Shown here: positions 40,341 to 49,808 of the stretch, in pieces
Position numbering within the stretch: the stretch's first letter is position 1
How the letters are laid out: every line of letters starts with the position of its first letter
From: Dehalococcoidia bacterium
GTDB lineage: Bacteria; Chloroflexota; Dehalococcoidia; Lucifugimonadales; JADFKI01
Length of the DNA: 64,000 nt
NCBI GenBank assembly: GCA_965242555.1
Contig: CBDESO010000005.1
Location: 2,579-66,578, forward strand
Direction: 5' to 3'
Program-made: the position numbers and the translations under genes
Notes under the pieces: model-generated
Told to the model about the DNA's origin: nothing
Seen by the model: the letters and a program-made list of their open reading frames with translations, nothing else
The model's database searches: none

Positions 40341-41729
40341 CTACACAATTTCCCACCGCGACGGAAACGCCACCCCCGTCTCCGCCAGCAGCCGCTCGCC
40401 TATGCCCTGAACCCGCTGCATAAGCGCCCACTCGTCCACGAACACCGGCTTGTACGCCTCCACAACAACCCTGCCGTCCACGATGACGCTGTGGACGCTG
40501 CGCCCGTCCGCGTTATAGACGAGGTTGTTGACCGGATTGAAGAGCGTCCGCCACTCCGGGCGGCGCGTGTCAAACAGGACAAGGTCGGCTTTCTTGCCCG
40601 CCTCTATTGAGCCAATTTCGCTGTCAAGCCCGAATGCCTCAGCGCCGCGTATGGTGGCGAGCTCAAGCGCGGTTTCGGGCGGGATCATCGTCAGGTCTTG
40701 GCGCGCGTCTTTGTACAGCACCGCCGCCAGATACATCGCGCGCATCGTCTCCATCAGGTTGGAATTGTTGGGCGCGTCAGTGCCAAGCCCCACGCTCACG
40801 CCGCGCTCCAGCAGTTCGGGCAACTTCCCGCAGCGCGTTATGCCCGCGCCCTGCTTGAGCGTCTGCGACGGACACATCACCGCCTTTGTTCCCGTCCGCG
40901 CCATAGCGTCAATGTCCGCGTCGTCTATGCCGATTACATGCGACAGCAATACATTTTCGCCCAGAACGCACAGCGAATCCAAACGCGCTATCGGGCGCAT
41001 CCCGAATTCGTCAACGCTGCGTTGAACCTCCGCGGGCAAATTCTGCTGATGCAGCGTCAGCCCCGTGCCATACTCGTCCGCCAGCCGCTTGGCGGCGATT
41101 AGCAGCTCATCAGTGCAGTACGCCGCGTCAAATGGCATAGCCCACGCGCGAACCCGGCCGTCAAGCCGCCCGTCATGCTTGCGGATGGCGTCCTCCATAA
41201 CCGCGATGGCGTCCGCCGTTGAATAGACGGGCAGGTTCACGGGATTGGCGCGGTCGGTCACATGCGTCCCCGTGATGATGCGGCAGCCCGACCGCTCATA
41301 GGCGTCCATGCAGGCGTCAATGTACTTCGTACTGCCCGGATCCATAAAGCAGGTCGTCCCGCCCTTGAGCAGCTCAACTATCGCAAGCAGCGAGGTATAG
41401 TACTCCTCCCTCTCTCCGATTGCGGCTTGCAGTTTGAACACATTGGGCAGGTAATCGGGCCCCAGGTCGTCGGGAAATATGCCGCGCGTGGCGTGCGCGT
41501 AGCTTATGTGCGCGTGGCCATTCAGAAAGCCCGGCGTGATGACCATCTCGCTTGCGTCAATCACGCGATCCGCGCGCGCATCCTCAAGCTCCGCCGCCTT
41601 GCCCACCCGCTCAATCCGATTGCCGCGAATGAGAATAGATCCGCCGGCGATAATCCTGCGCCCAGCGTCAACCGTCAGGATAAAGCGCGCGTTGTGTATC
41701 TTTAGCGTGGCGTCGTGTGTATCTGTCAT
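40341..41729 (-). CDS. metal-dependent amidohydrolase (MTA/SAH deaminase / AtzA-like family)
   Basis: PGFLNGHAH, GLGTD, GSIEAGKKADLV; substrate not assignable. Confidence 0.88.
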   Translation of the reverse strand: MTDTHDATLKIHNARFILTVDAGRRIIAGGSILIRGNRIERVGKAAELEDARADRVIDASEMVITPGFLNGHAHISYAHATRGIFPDDLGPDYLPNVFKLQAAIGEREEYYTSLLAIVELLKGGTTCFMDPGSTKYIDACMDAYERSGCRIITGTHVTDRANPVNLPVYSTADAIAVMEDAIRKHDGRLDGRVRAWAMPFDAAYCTDELLIAAKRLADEYGTGLTLHQQNLPAEVQRSVDEFGMRPIARLDSLCVLGENVLLSHVIGIDDADIDAMARTGTKAVMCPSQTLKQGAGITRCGKLPELLERGVSVGLGTDAPNNSNLMETMRAMYLAAVLYKDARQDLTMIPPETALELATIRGAEAFGLDSEIGSIEAGKKADLVLFDTRRPEWRTLFNPVNNLVYNADGRSVHSVIVDGRVVVEAYKPVFVDEWALMQRVQGIGERLLAETGVAFPSRWEIV

Positions 41730-41875
41730 AGGAAATAGCCTGCTTGTGTAATCTTATGTGATAAAGGCGGCTAACGGCGCGATTTAGTACGCGGGCATCG
41801 AGCATTGCATCCCAGGCGCGAGCGATTAAGAGCGCGCATAGGCATTGTATCCCAAACGGCGCGCGGGCGCACACA

Positions 41876-42640
41876 TCAGTTGCGATGGGTTAGCCCCACG
41901 AAATAGGCGCTCTTTATTTCGCGCTCAATGATGTGCTGAATATAGGCGCGCGTCAGCCGCTCGGTGGCGGCGAGCGTTCCCGGCGACGCCGTCAGCGGCT
42001 CCACGGCGGCAAAGCGCGTTTCGCGCTGCAGAAAGCGCAGCAGCTTCATCACGCTCACCGGCGCCGGCAGCAGCCTGCCCTCCGAGGCGGCGCGGCAGTC
42101 GGGACAAACCACGCCGCCGCTCTCGCAGACGAATGTGTGGTCGCGCGGCTCCAGCCATTCGCGGCACTCTACGCAATGCGTGAGCTCCGGCATATAGCCG
42201 CTGCAATCCAGCAGCCGCATCTCAAACCAGCGCGTCAGCAAGTCAAGGCTGGGCGTGGTCTCCAGCAGACACAGCGTATTTAGCAGCAGCCCGTAAGCCG
42301 CGCCGCCCGCGTTGCCCTCCTCCGAAAACCCGTCCATCAGCTCAGCGATATACATCCCGCGCGACACGCGGCTCAGATCGCTGCGAAAGCGGCTGTACGT
42401 AGCGATAGCCGACGCCTCGCTAATAATATCCAAGTTCCTGCCAAACGCGATAGACACCGCCACGCGATTAAGCAGCTCAAGATTGCCCCCCAGCCTGCTC
42501 TTAGCCCGCCGGACGCCCTTAGCGACGGCGCGCGCCTTCCCAATATCCGGCGCGAACAGCGTCAAGACGCGATCCGCCTCCCCCAGCGGCATCTGCTTCA
42601 GCACGACCGCCTCGGTGTGGTGAACTCTGGGTTGCGCCAT
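41876..42640 (-). CDS. recO: DNA repair protein RecO
   Basis: GEADR.LTLF....GK..AVAKGVRR.KSR, Cys4 zinc site CVEC...CPDC. Confidence 0.95.
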   Translation of the reverse strand: MAQPRVHHTEAVVLKQMPLGEADRVLTLFAPDIGKARAVAKGVRRAKSRLGGNLELLNRVAVSIAFGRNLDIISEASAIATYSRFRSDLSRVSRGMYIAELMDGFSEEGNAGGAAYGLLLNTLCLLETTPSLDLLTRWFEMRLLDCSGYMPELTHCVECREWLEPRDHTFVCESGGVVCPDCRAASEGRLLPAPVSVMKLLRFLQRETRFAAVEPLTASPGTLAATERLTRAYIQHIIEREIKSAYFVGLTHRN

Positions 42641-42641
42641 A

Positions 42642-43646
42642 TCAGATATTCTTCTTCCTGCTTGCTTTGCGCCGCGCTCTCGCCTTAGCGAAAAACTCAG
42701 TATCTCTCTTGTATTGTTCTGTAAGCCAGTTGACGAAAGCGTGGCTATATTGGCTAGGAGATCCTGGGACTTTGCCCTGGTAAAAATACTCTGATTTACT
42801 CTTTATCTTATGTGTTTCATTAACACTTTGGATGTCGTACTGATTTATGAGGGGGAATGTTGCCCTCATTTCTTTAATCACATCCTTCTGTCGAAGAGGA
42901 TGCGTTGTGCCAGGATCTTTGGGATCTCGAACTATCAGAATAGGAACGCCGCCTGAACCTTTCGAAAGATCTATATCCGCCTCGCCGGGCTTATTTGTAA
43001 GCACGAGGCGATAGTCTATCCCGATTGAAAATTCAGGACTTCCCTGATGACTCTCAAGCTCATCTCTGAGTTCGGCGCAGTAACGATCAAGAAACTCCAC
43101 AGCGTCTTTGCCTAGACTGCGCCGCAAGCGGGCGTCAGTCAAATCTGATTGTTCCGGGCTCAAGTCGTAGACGAGGCTCATCATCCCAACAGAAAATCTA
43201 TCGGATAGGGACTCGCCGAACCATTCATTCAGGTGTTTGTGGTAGTTGATAACGCACACCTGCGAGAGCATCATCAGTTCATGTGGAATTCGGCTGATTA
43301 CAAGGTGAGTAGATTCGTCGCGGAGTTCTATTATGCGCTCTATATTGCGCCGAACAGGATCATTTTCTTTGGGCTTGACTTTCTTCAAGCAGTCGTGCAG
43401 AGAAAGGGATATTCGCGCGTTATTTCTTGTCATTCTGTTGGAATAGATGGCGTCTTCATTGCCGGCGTCAGCAATAACTTTCGCCTTTAGCAGCAGTTCC
43501 CACGCATTGCAAATTAGGATGCAAAACGTCTCTATGCGGTACTGAATAGTAACGCGGTTTATGGTCTCTAGACTGAGCGCGTATGCCTCGATACTCTTGT
43601 CAACCAGCCTTTGCTTGAGGTCAAAAGCATCCGCGGAATCGTTCAT
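42642..43646 (-). CDS. DUF3644-family (HEPN-like) protein
   Basis: LVDKSIEA..L..E..N......R.E.F..L..NAWELLLKA and LRDESTH (RxxxxH); lower GC than flanking recR/recO. Confidence 0.78.
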   Translation of the reverse strand: MNDSADAFDLKQRLVDKSIEAYALSLETINRVTIQYRIETFCILICNAWELLLKAKVIADAGNEDAIYSNRMTRNNARISLSLHDCLKKVKPKENDPVRRNIERIIELRDESTHLVISRIPHELMMLSQVCVINYHKHLNEWFGESLSDRFSVGMMSLVYDLSPEQSDLTDARLRRSLGKDAVEFLDRYCAELRDELESHQGSPEFSIGIDYRLVLTNKPGEADIDLSKGSGGVPILIVRDPKDPGTTHPLRQKDVIKEMRATFPLINQYDIQSVNETHKIKSKSEYFYQGKVPGSPSQYSHAFVNWLTEQYKRDTEFFAKARARRKASRKKNI

Positions 43647-43648
43647 AT

Positions 43649-44260
43649 CTAAAACTCCTGCCGCCCCTCTATCGCCCGCGCCAGCGTTACCTCGTCCGCG
43701 TACTCAAGATCGCCGCCCATTGGCAGCCCGCGCGCCGGACGGGTGGTTCGCGCGCCCAGCGGCGCTATGAGCCTTTGGATGTACATAGACGTCGCCTCGC
43801 CCTCAAGGTTGGGGTTGGTGGCTAGTATGACTTCCTGGATGTCGCCCTCCCTGAGGCGATGCAGCAGCGGCTCTATACGCAGGTCGTCCGGCCCTATGCC
43901 GTTCATCGGCGAGATTACGCCGTGCAGCACATGATATAGCCCGCGATAGGTATTCGTGCGCTCCAGCGCCGGCACATCCAGCGCCTCTTCCACAACGCAG
44001 ATGCGCGTATGGTCGCGCGTGGGATTGGCGCATATCGCGCACGGGTCGGTCTCGGTGATGTTGTAGCAGCGCGAGCAAAAGATGATGCGCTCTTTCACCG
44101 CGATAATCGCCTCCGCCAGCGCGCGCGCATCCTCTTCGGGCATCCGCACAAGATAGTATGTCAGCCGCTGCGCCGTCTTTGGCCCTATGCCGGGCAGCTT
44201 ATTGAACTCGTCGGCGAGCCGCGCTACGGGCGCGGCGGACGGGATGGAATCTGTGGTCAT
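43649..44260 (-). CDS. recR: recombination mediator RecR
   Basis: LPGIGPKTAQRL HhH, CSRC..CAIC, YHVLHG.ISP..GIGP, EVILATNPNLEGEAT. Confidence 0.97.
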   Translation of the reverse strand: MTTDSIPSAAPVARLADEFNKLPGIGPKTAQRLTYYLVRMPEEDARALAEAIIAVKERIIFCSRCYNITETDPCAICANPTRDHTRICVVEEALDVPALERTNTYRGLYHVLHGVISPMNGIGPDDLRIEPLLHRLREGDIQEVILATNPNLEGEATSMYIQRLIAPLGARTTRPARGLPMGGDLEYADEVTLARAIEGRQEF

Positions 44261-44313
44261 AAGGCGTCTCCCTGCAGGGCTGCTTATGAGTTGATTATGG
44301 TTTGGCGATTCGG

Positions 44314-45795
44314 CTACACCATCGTGAACTGCTCGGCGTCGGGCTGCTGATTGCGCGGCGCGCGCCTGAAAGTGGCTTGCGGCGCAACGCGCGGATACTG
44401 CGGCGCCGTGCCCCCGAGCAACTCTTCTATCGTAAAGATCTGCAGCCGCGGGAACCGCAGATCCGGGTAATGCTCCGGCGCATAAAACCCAGCCGCCAGC
44501 GCCTCCCGCGTCATCGGCGCGGTGGGACGCCGCAGCGTGATGAACACCCCTATGGCGGCGTTTTCGCGCTCAACCACGCCCTTCAGATCCCGTATCTGCG
44601 CCACGCCCACGCTGCCGCTTTTCACCTGCACGACCACGCGCTTTGCCCTGCCGCTATTGTCGTCAAAGAAGTTGATGTAGCCGTCTATGCCTGAATCCGC
44701 CCCCCTGCGCTTATCCTGCGCCGGCCGCGCGTCCACCAGCCCCAGCGCCCACCACTCGAACTGGTAGCGGTCATGCCGCGCCAGCGCCCGCGCGCCCGCC
44801 AAATCCTTGGGATCGCCGACAACATCATACGGCCGCAGCGCATCCCCGAAAGTGTCTTGCAGCCGATGGCGTATCAGCGCAATAGCGAGATGCGTGATGT
44901 CAATGCCGATCCAGCGGCGATTAAGGCGCTCCGACGCTATCGTCGCCGTCCCGCAGCCGCAGAACGGGTCCAGCACAACATCGCCCTCATTGCTGCTTGC
45001 GCTGATGATGCGCTCCAGCAATGGTTCGGGTTTCTGAGTGGGAAACAACTGGCGTATCGGCGGCACTCGCCCAATATCCCACACATCGTCCTGCCTAACG
45101 CCGGGCGATTCCTCTTCGCTAGTTCGCGACGGCAATCTTTGTCCGCTCTCATCGCGCCCGGATATGATCGTAGATGCGCCAAATCGTCGCGTAGTGGACA
45201 GCGCGCGATCCATATAGAGTTGGTTGAATGTGCGCTCGCGGGTGGGCGTCCGCGAATAGAAGAGTATTACATCGTGGTTTCGCTGAAATGCGTAGCGCCC
45301 CGTCGACCATTTCCTGTAATGCCACACTATCTCGTTGCGGAAATTCCTAGCGCCAAACACTGAGTCCAGCATCAGTTTCAAGTAGTGGCTTACGTTGGGA
45401 TCGCAGTGCAGATATATGCTGCCCGCCGGTTTCAAGACGCGATGCAGCTCCACCATCCGCTGCGCCATCATCGTCAGATACGCCATCATATCGTTCTGCC
45501 CCAGAAACGACCGCATCGCCTGCAGCATATCCGACAGCGCGCGCGGCCCGTCGGTGACAACATCGCGGTAGGCGAGCTCAGACTCCACGCTCCAGCGCCA
45601 CGTGTCGTCAAACGCGGTTATCTGCGCCGCCGACCGCTCGCCGTCCCCCTCGCGGAACAGCACATTGTAGGTAGCGTTGGAATTGAACGGCGGGTCAAGG
45701 TATATCAGATCGACCGACTCGTCGGCGATATGCTCCCTGAGTATGTCCAGGTTGTCCCCGAAATAGAGGCTGTTCGTCCACTGCTCAGTTGCCAT
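44314..45795 (-). CDS. beta-class N4/N6 DNA methyltransferase fused to Mrr-like endonuclease domain
   Basis: DLIYLDPPF precedes PTQKP and VLDPFCGCGT; C-terminal YQFE.WA...DSGIDG...VQVKSG. Confidence 0.9.
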   Translation of the reverse strand: MATEQWTNSLYFGDNLDILREHIADESVDLIYLDPPFNSNATYNVLFREGDGERSAAQITAFDDTWRWSVESELAYRDVVTDGPRALSDMLQAMRSFLGQNDMMAYLTMMAQRMVELHRVLKPAGSIYLHCDPNVSHYLKLMLDSVFGARNFRNEIVWHYRKWSTGRYAFQRNHDVILFYSRTPTRERTFNQLYMDRALSTTRRFGASTIISGRDESGQRLPSRTSEEESPGVRQDDVWDIGRVPPIRQLFPTQKPEPLLERIISASSNEGDVVLDPFCGCGTATIASERLNRRWIGIDITHLAIALIRHRLQDTFGDALRPYDVVGDPKDLAGARALARHDRYQFEWWALGLVDARPAQDKRRGADSGIDGYINFFDDNSGRAKRVVVQVKSGSVGVAQIRDLKGVVERENAAIGVFITLRRPTAPMTREALAAGFYAPEHYPDLRFPRLQIFTIEELLGGTAPQYPRVAPQATFRRAPRNQQPDAEQFTMV

Positions 45796-45812
45796 TCGGC
45801 TACTCCGCGCCG

Positions 45813-46121
45813 CTAAAACATTCCCGGTATGTTCATCCCGCCGGTGAGCGCGCCCATCTTTTCCGACGCCATTTGCTGCGCCTTGTCCAAGCCCTCATTC
45901 ACCGCGGCAAGCACGAGATCTTGCAGCATCTCAACGTCGTCGGGCGAAACCGCGTCCGGGTCTATCGTGATGGACTCCACCTTCATCTTGCCGCTCACCA
46001 CCGCCTTGACCGCGCCGCCGCCCACGGTCGCCTCCACGGTCGCCGACTCCAGCTCTTCCTGCAGCTGCATCATTTGCTTTTGAATTTGCTGCGCCTGTTT
46101 CATCATCCTGCGGTTCACCAT
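45813..46121 (-). CDS. ybaB: YbaB/EbfC nucleoid-associated protein
   Basis: MMKQAQ..Q, GGGAV, DVEMLQDLVLAAVN; between dnaX and recR. Confidence 0.95.
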   Translation of the reverse strand: MVNRRMMKQAQQIQKQMMQLQEELESATVEATVGGGAVKAVVSGKMKVESITIDPDAVSPDDVEMLQDLVLAAVNEGLDKAQQMASEKMGALTGGMNIPGMF

Positions 46122-46126
46122 TGTGG

Positions 46127-47768
46127 CTACTCCTCCTTTTCGCTGATAACGCGCGCGCCCATAGACAGCGCGGCGCGGACTAGATGGCTGCTCTGCGCCG
46201 CGCTCTTCCTGCCATTGCTATTGCTGCCGCCGTTCATAAGGCTCATCCTCACCTCAAACTCGCCGCCCATAGCCTTGGCGATGGCGTCATGCAGGGCGCG
46301 CTTGCTTTCGGGGATGTCCAGTTCGCTCTGTATGCGCTCCATATTAGAGCGATGCGCGAACATCAGGGTTATCGTGCTATCCGAAACCTGGCGCTCTTTG
46401 CAGCCATGCAGCAGCGCGCCGACCTTAAAGCGGTTGCCCGTATGCCGCAGCGCGTGGGTGATGTTGCGCCACTGCATCTCCAGCCGAGCGGCGGGATCGT
46501 CGGGCATAGCGCCATTCGCCGGCGCCGCTTGCGGTTCGGGCGCCGGACGCGGCGGCTGAGGCTGAGGCGGCCGTTGCGCCGGCGCCGTCGGCGGAGCCCC
46601 GCGCTGAGGCTGCGATTGCCCCCCGCGCTGATACGCCGGCGCCTGCCCGTACCCCTGCGCGGGCGCGGCAACCGGCGCGGCGACCACGCGCGGCTGAGGC
46701 ATATCCGCCGACTCCACCATCGCAAGCTCAAGCGGCAGCGGCGACGCCGTGTCTCGCCGCATATTCACCGCCGCGAACGTCTTGAGCGCGTGAACCAGAT
46801 GCTCCATCGGCGCGTCAGCCGCGAGCGCCGGTCAGCCGCTGCGCCACCTCGTCCGAGTAGCCGAATTGCACCCCCGCGCCCGCCTTTATCAGCAGCAGCG
46901 CCCGCATATACTCCAGCGTTTGGCGCAGCAATTGGCGCAGATCGCTGCCCTGCTCCGCGGCGGCGTTGATGTCGCCTATGCCCTCGCTCACCGCCTTGCC
47001 CACGATGCGCTCCGTCAGCGTCAGCGCCATCTCGTCGCCGCCAAGCCCAAGCAGCTGCCGCACATTCTCTTCGCTCACCGGCGACCCGTATGAGACGACC
47101 ACCTGCTCCAACAGGTTTTCGGCGTCGCGCAGCCCGCCATTCGCCACGCGCGATATTATCAGCAGCGCATCCTCCGACGCCTGTATCCCCTCCGCCTCGC
47201 AGATCTCGGCGAGCTTAGCCGTCATCCTATCCAGCGGGATGCGCCGAAAGTCAAACCGCTGGCAGCGCGAAATAATCGTCAGCGGGACTTTGTGCGCCTC
47301 AGTCGTGGCGAGTATGAATATCGCGTGAGAGGGCGGCTCCTCAAGCGTCTTCAGCAGCGCGTTGAACGCCTGCTCGGTGAGCATATGCACTTCGTCTATG
47401 ATATAGACCTTGTAGCGCGCGTCGCTGGGCGTGAACCGTATCTTGTCGCTCAGGTCGCGGATGTCGTCGATGCCGCGATTGCTGGCGGCGTCAATCTCAA
47501 TCAGATCCAGCGCGCGCCCGTCGTTGATGGAAACGCAGATGCGGCACTCGTTGTCCGGCTCGCCCTCTACGGGCGCGAGGCAGTTCACCGCCTTGGCGAG
47601 AATGCGCGCCGTGCTGGTCTTGCCCGTGCCGCGCGTGCCGCAAAACAGGTATGCGTGGGCGATGCGCTCCTGCGCCACCGCTTGCTTTAGCGTCTTTGTG
47701 ATGGCCTCCTGCCCAACAACCTCGCCCAGGCTCTTAGGCCGCCACTTGCGATAGAATACTTCACTCAT
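46127..47768 (-). CDS. dnaX: DNA polymerase III subunit gamma/tau, split by a 1-nt insertion at about 46829 (fragments 46815-47768 and 46127-46807)
   Basis: YRKWRP, GTRGTGKT, EIDAASNRG, IDEVHML, SRC motifs; removing one base gives ...RLTALAADAPMEHL... joining both ORFs. Confidence 0.93.
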
Positions 47769-48322
47769 TTCATTCGCCGTTCTTGCTGTTCGTCGTTATT
47801 AGAGTAAATTCGCGCCAATATAGCCCGCTCTTTGGCGCTCATAGCCGCCTCGTCGTCATCCCGCATATGGTCATGCCCCGTCAGATGCAATATGCCATGC
47901 GTAATCAGCCCCGCCAGTTCGCGCTCAATCGTATGCCCCGCCGCGCGCGCCTGCCTCATCGCCTGCGGATACGATATGATAACCTCGCCCAGCGCATCCG
48001 CGGCGTCCGGCGGCAAAACGAATTCGCCATCCGCCAACTCGTCTTGCGGCGCATTGTCCCCGTAATACTCCCCCTGGTTCCCTGCATCCAGCGCGAAAGC
48101 CAGCACATCCGTAGTCTTGCCCACGCCGCGATACTCGCCGTTAAGCGCGCTCAGCGTAGCGTCGTCCGCGATAACCAGGCTTACCTGCCGCCCAACCCGC
48201 TCATGCGCCAGCGCGCAACGGCACACATCGCCCAGCCACTTCTCGGACACCGCGCCCTCGAATTCGCCGAACACCTGAACCGCAACCTGCGCCGCAATAT
48301 CTGCGTCTGAACCCACGCGCAA
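47765..48322 (-). CDS. ybeY: rRNA maturation endoribonuclease YbeY
   Basis: LN.EYRG..K.TDVLAF, LGEVII, HGILHLTGHDH. Confidence 0.95.
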   Translation of the reverse strand: MRVGSDADIAAQVAVQVFGEFEGAVSEKWLGDVCRCALAHERVGRQVSLVIADDATLSALNGEYRGVGKTTDVLAFALDAGNQGEYYGDNAPQDELADGEFVLPPDAADALGEVIISYPQAMRQARAAGHTIERELAGLITHGILHLTGHDHMRDDDEAAMSAKERAILARIYSNNDEQQERRMK

Positions 48323-48599
48323 CCTCTCGCCTCGTTAGACCATATTAGGCAACCATACCAGCATCCAATAAGTTCATTATAGCGGTTAGCGCCCCCAAAT
48401 GCTTTGGGAACAAGGGTTGAAAATGCGAACAATCTGAGCGCATTGACGCAACAGCCGCTAACAAACGCGCGGCGATTGGCGGACGCGGGATAACGAAAAC
48501 CCACCCATCCCGCAATCCAATTCGCGGGATAAGGCAGGCTTTCGCTTGTCAGCAACGCGGCGCATATTGCAATCGCAAGCGGCATACGCGCCGCCCCGT

Positions 48600-49763
48600 C
48601 TAGTTGCAGGATGTCAACCGCGTGGCGTCCTGGTTGGAATGAACGTCATACGCCGCGCCATTATGGTTGAATGTAAGCGTATAGCCGGGCGTAATCGCCT
48701 GCGCGTAAGCGATATTGGGCTGCGGGCAGCCTAGGCTGGCGTCCGGCCATTCGGTTCGCTGCGCGCTCACCAGCGTCAGGTCGGCGGCGGATACGCCGAG
48801 CTTGTCGGCGAGAAACCCGCCCGCCATAGCCGCAAGTCCCTGCGCCGGCTGCGGCGCTGGCGCGGCGCTCGCCGATGTGGTCGGCGGCGTAATCCCGTTC
48901 ACCCCCGTGGGCGCCTGCAGGAACTGGAACAAGGCGCTGTCAGCCGGCAGCACAACCGTCGTGCTGTTCTCAGTCAAGAACATCTTGTACGCCTCAAGGC
49001 TGCGCTGAAATGCGTAGAACTCAGGATCCTGCCCCAGCGATTCGGCGAATATGCGAACCGCCTCCGCCTCGCCCTCGCCGCGTATGATGTTGGCGTCCCG
49101 CTCCGCCTCCGCGCGAATAATCGCGGTCTGCCTGTCCACATTCGCCCGAACCTCGGCGTCGCGCTCAGCGCCCTCAGCCCGCTCGCGGTCGGCTATGCGC
49201 TTGCGCTCCGCCTCCATCCGCGCATATACGCTTTCCGCGACCGTTTCGGGGAAGTCGGCGCGCTTGATGCGAACATCAATTATCTCTATGCCGAACTCCG
49301 CCAACTTAGGCGCAACGGCGTCCCGCACGCGCAGCATTATCGGCTCGCGCGTTTCGCGTATCACCTCCAGCTGCGTGTCCAGCGCGATTTCGCGCCGCAA
49401 CTCGGACGAGATGATGTTAATCGCGCGCGACGCCGCCTGCCCCTCGGTGATGGCGGTCTCCCGGAACAGCAGCGGATCGGTTATCCGGCCGCGCGCGTAT
49501 ACATCGATCACAAGCCGTCGCTTGTCTTCGGTGAGCAGCGAATCGGGCGGCGCATCAAACACCAGGATGCGCTTGTCAAAGTATGTCACCGTTTCTATGA
49601 ACGGCGCTTTCACATACAGCCCCGGGTTGCTTATGGAACTGCGCGGCTCGCCAAAGCGCGTTAGGACGGCGAGCTGCGTCTCGTCCACGATAAAGAAGGT
49701 TTGCGGCCCCATAACGCCGGCCACTACCGCGAGGAGTACTAATATGCCTGCGATAAGTTTCAT
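48600..49763 (-). CDS. hflC: protease modulator HflC with extra C-terminal domain
   Basis: PGL..KAPFI, LT.DKRRL..D, DVRIKR, RM.AER, DPEFYAF.RSLEAY; follows hflK. Confidence 0.92.
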   Translation of the reverse strand: MKLIAGILVLLAVVAGVMGPQTFFIVDETQLAVLTRFGEPRSSISNPGLYVKAPFIETVTYFDKRILVFDAPPDSLLTEDKRRLVIDVYARGRITDPLLFRETAITEGQAASRAINIISSELRREIALDTQLEVIRETREPIMLRVRDAVAPKLAEFGIEIIDVRIKRADFPETVAESVYARMEAERKRIADRERAEGAERDAEVRANVDRQTAIIRAEAERDANIIRGEGEAEAVRIFAESLGQDPEFYAFQRSLEAYKMFLTENSTTVVLPADSALFQFLQAPTGVNGITPPTTSASAAPAPQPAQGLAAMAGGFLADKLGVSAADLTLVSAQRTEWPDASLGCPQPNIAYAQAITPGYTLTFNHNGAAYDVHSNQDATRLTSCN

Positions 49764-49808
49764 TTTGCGTCTCTTCCTGCGCTATTGCGGCTGGCTGCTG
49801 GCGGTTGA

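Noticed and set aside
46127-47768. Programmed gamma/tau frameshift in dnaX
   Set aside because: No slippery heptamer or A-run at the junction and the break falls early, within the collar region; a single extra base explains it.
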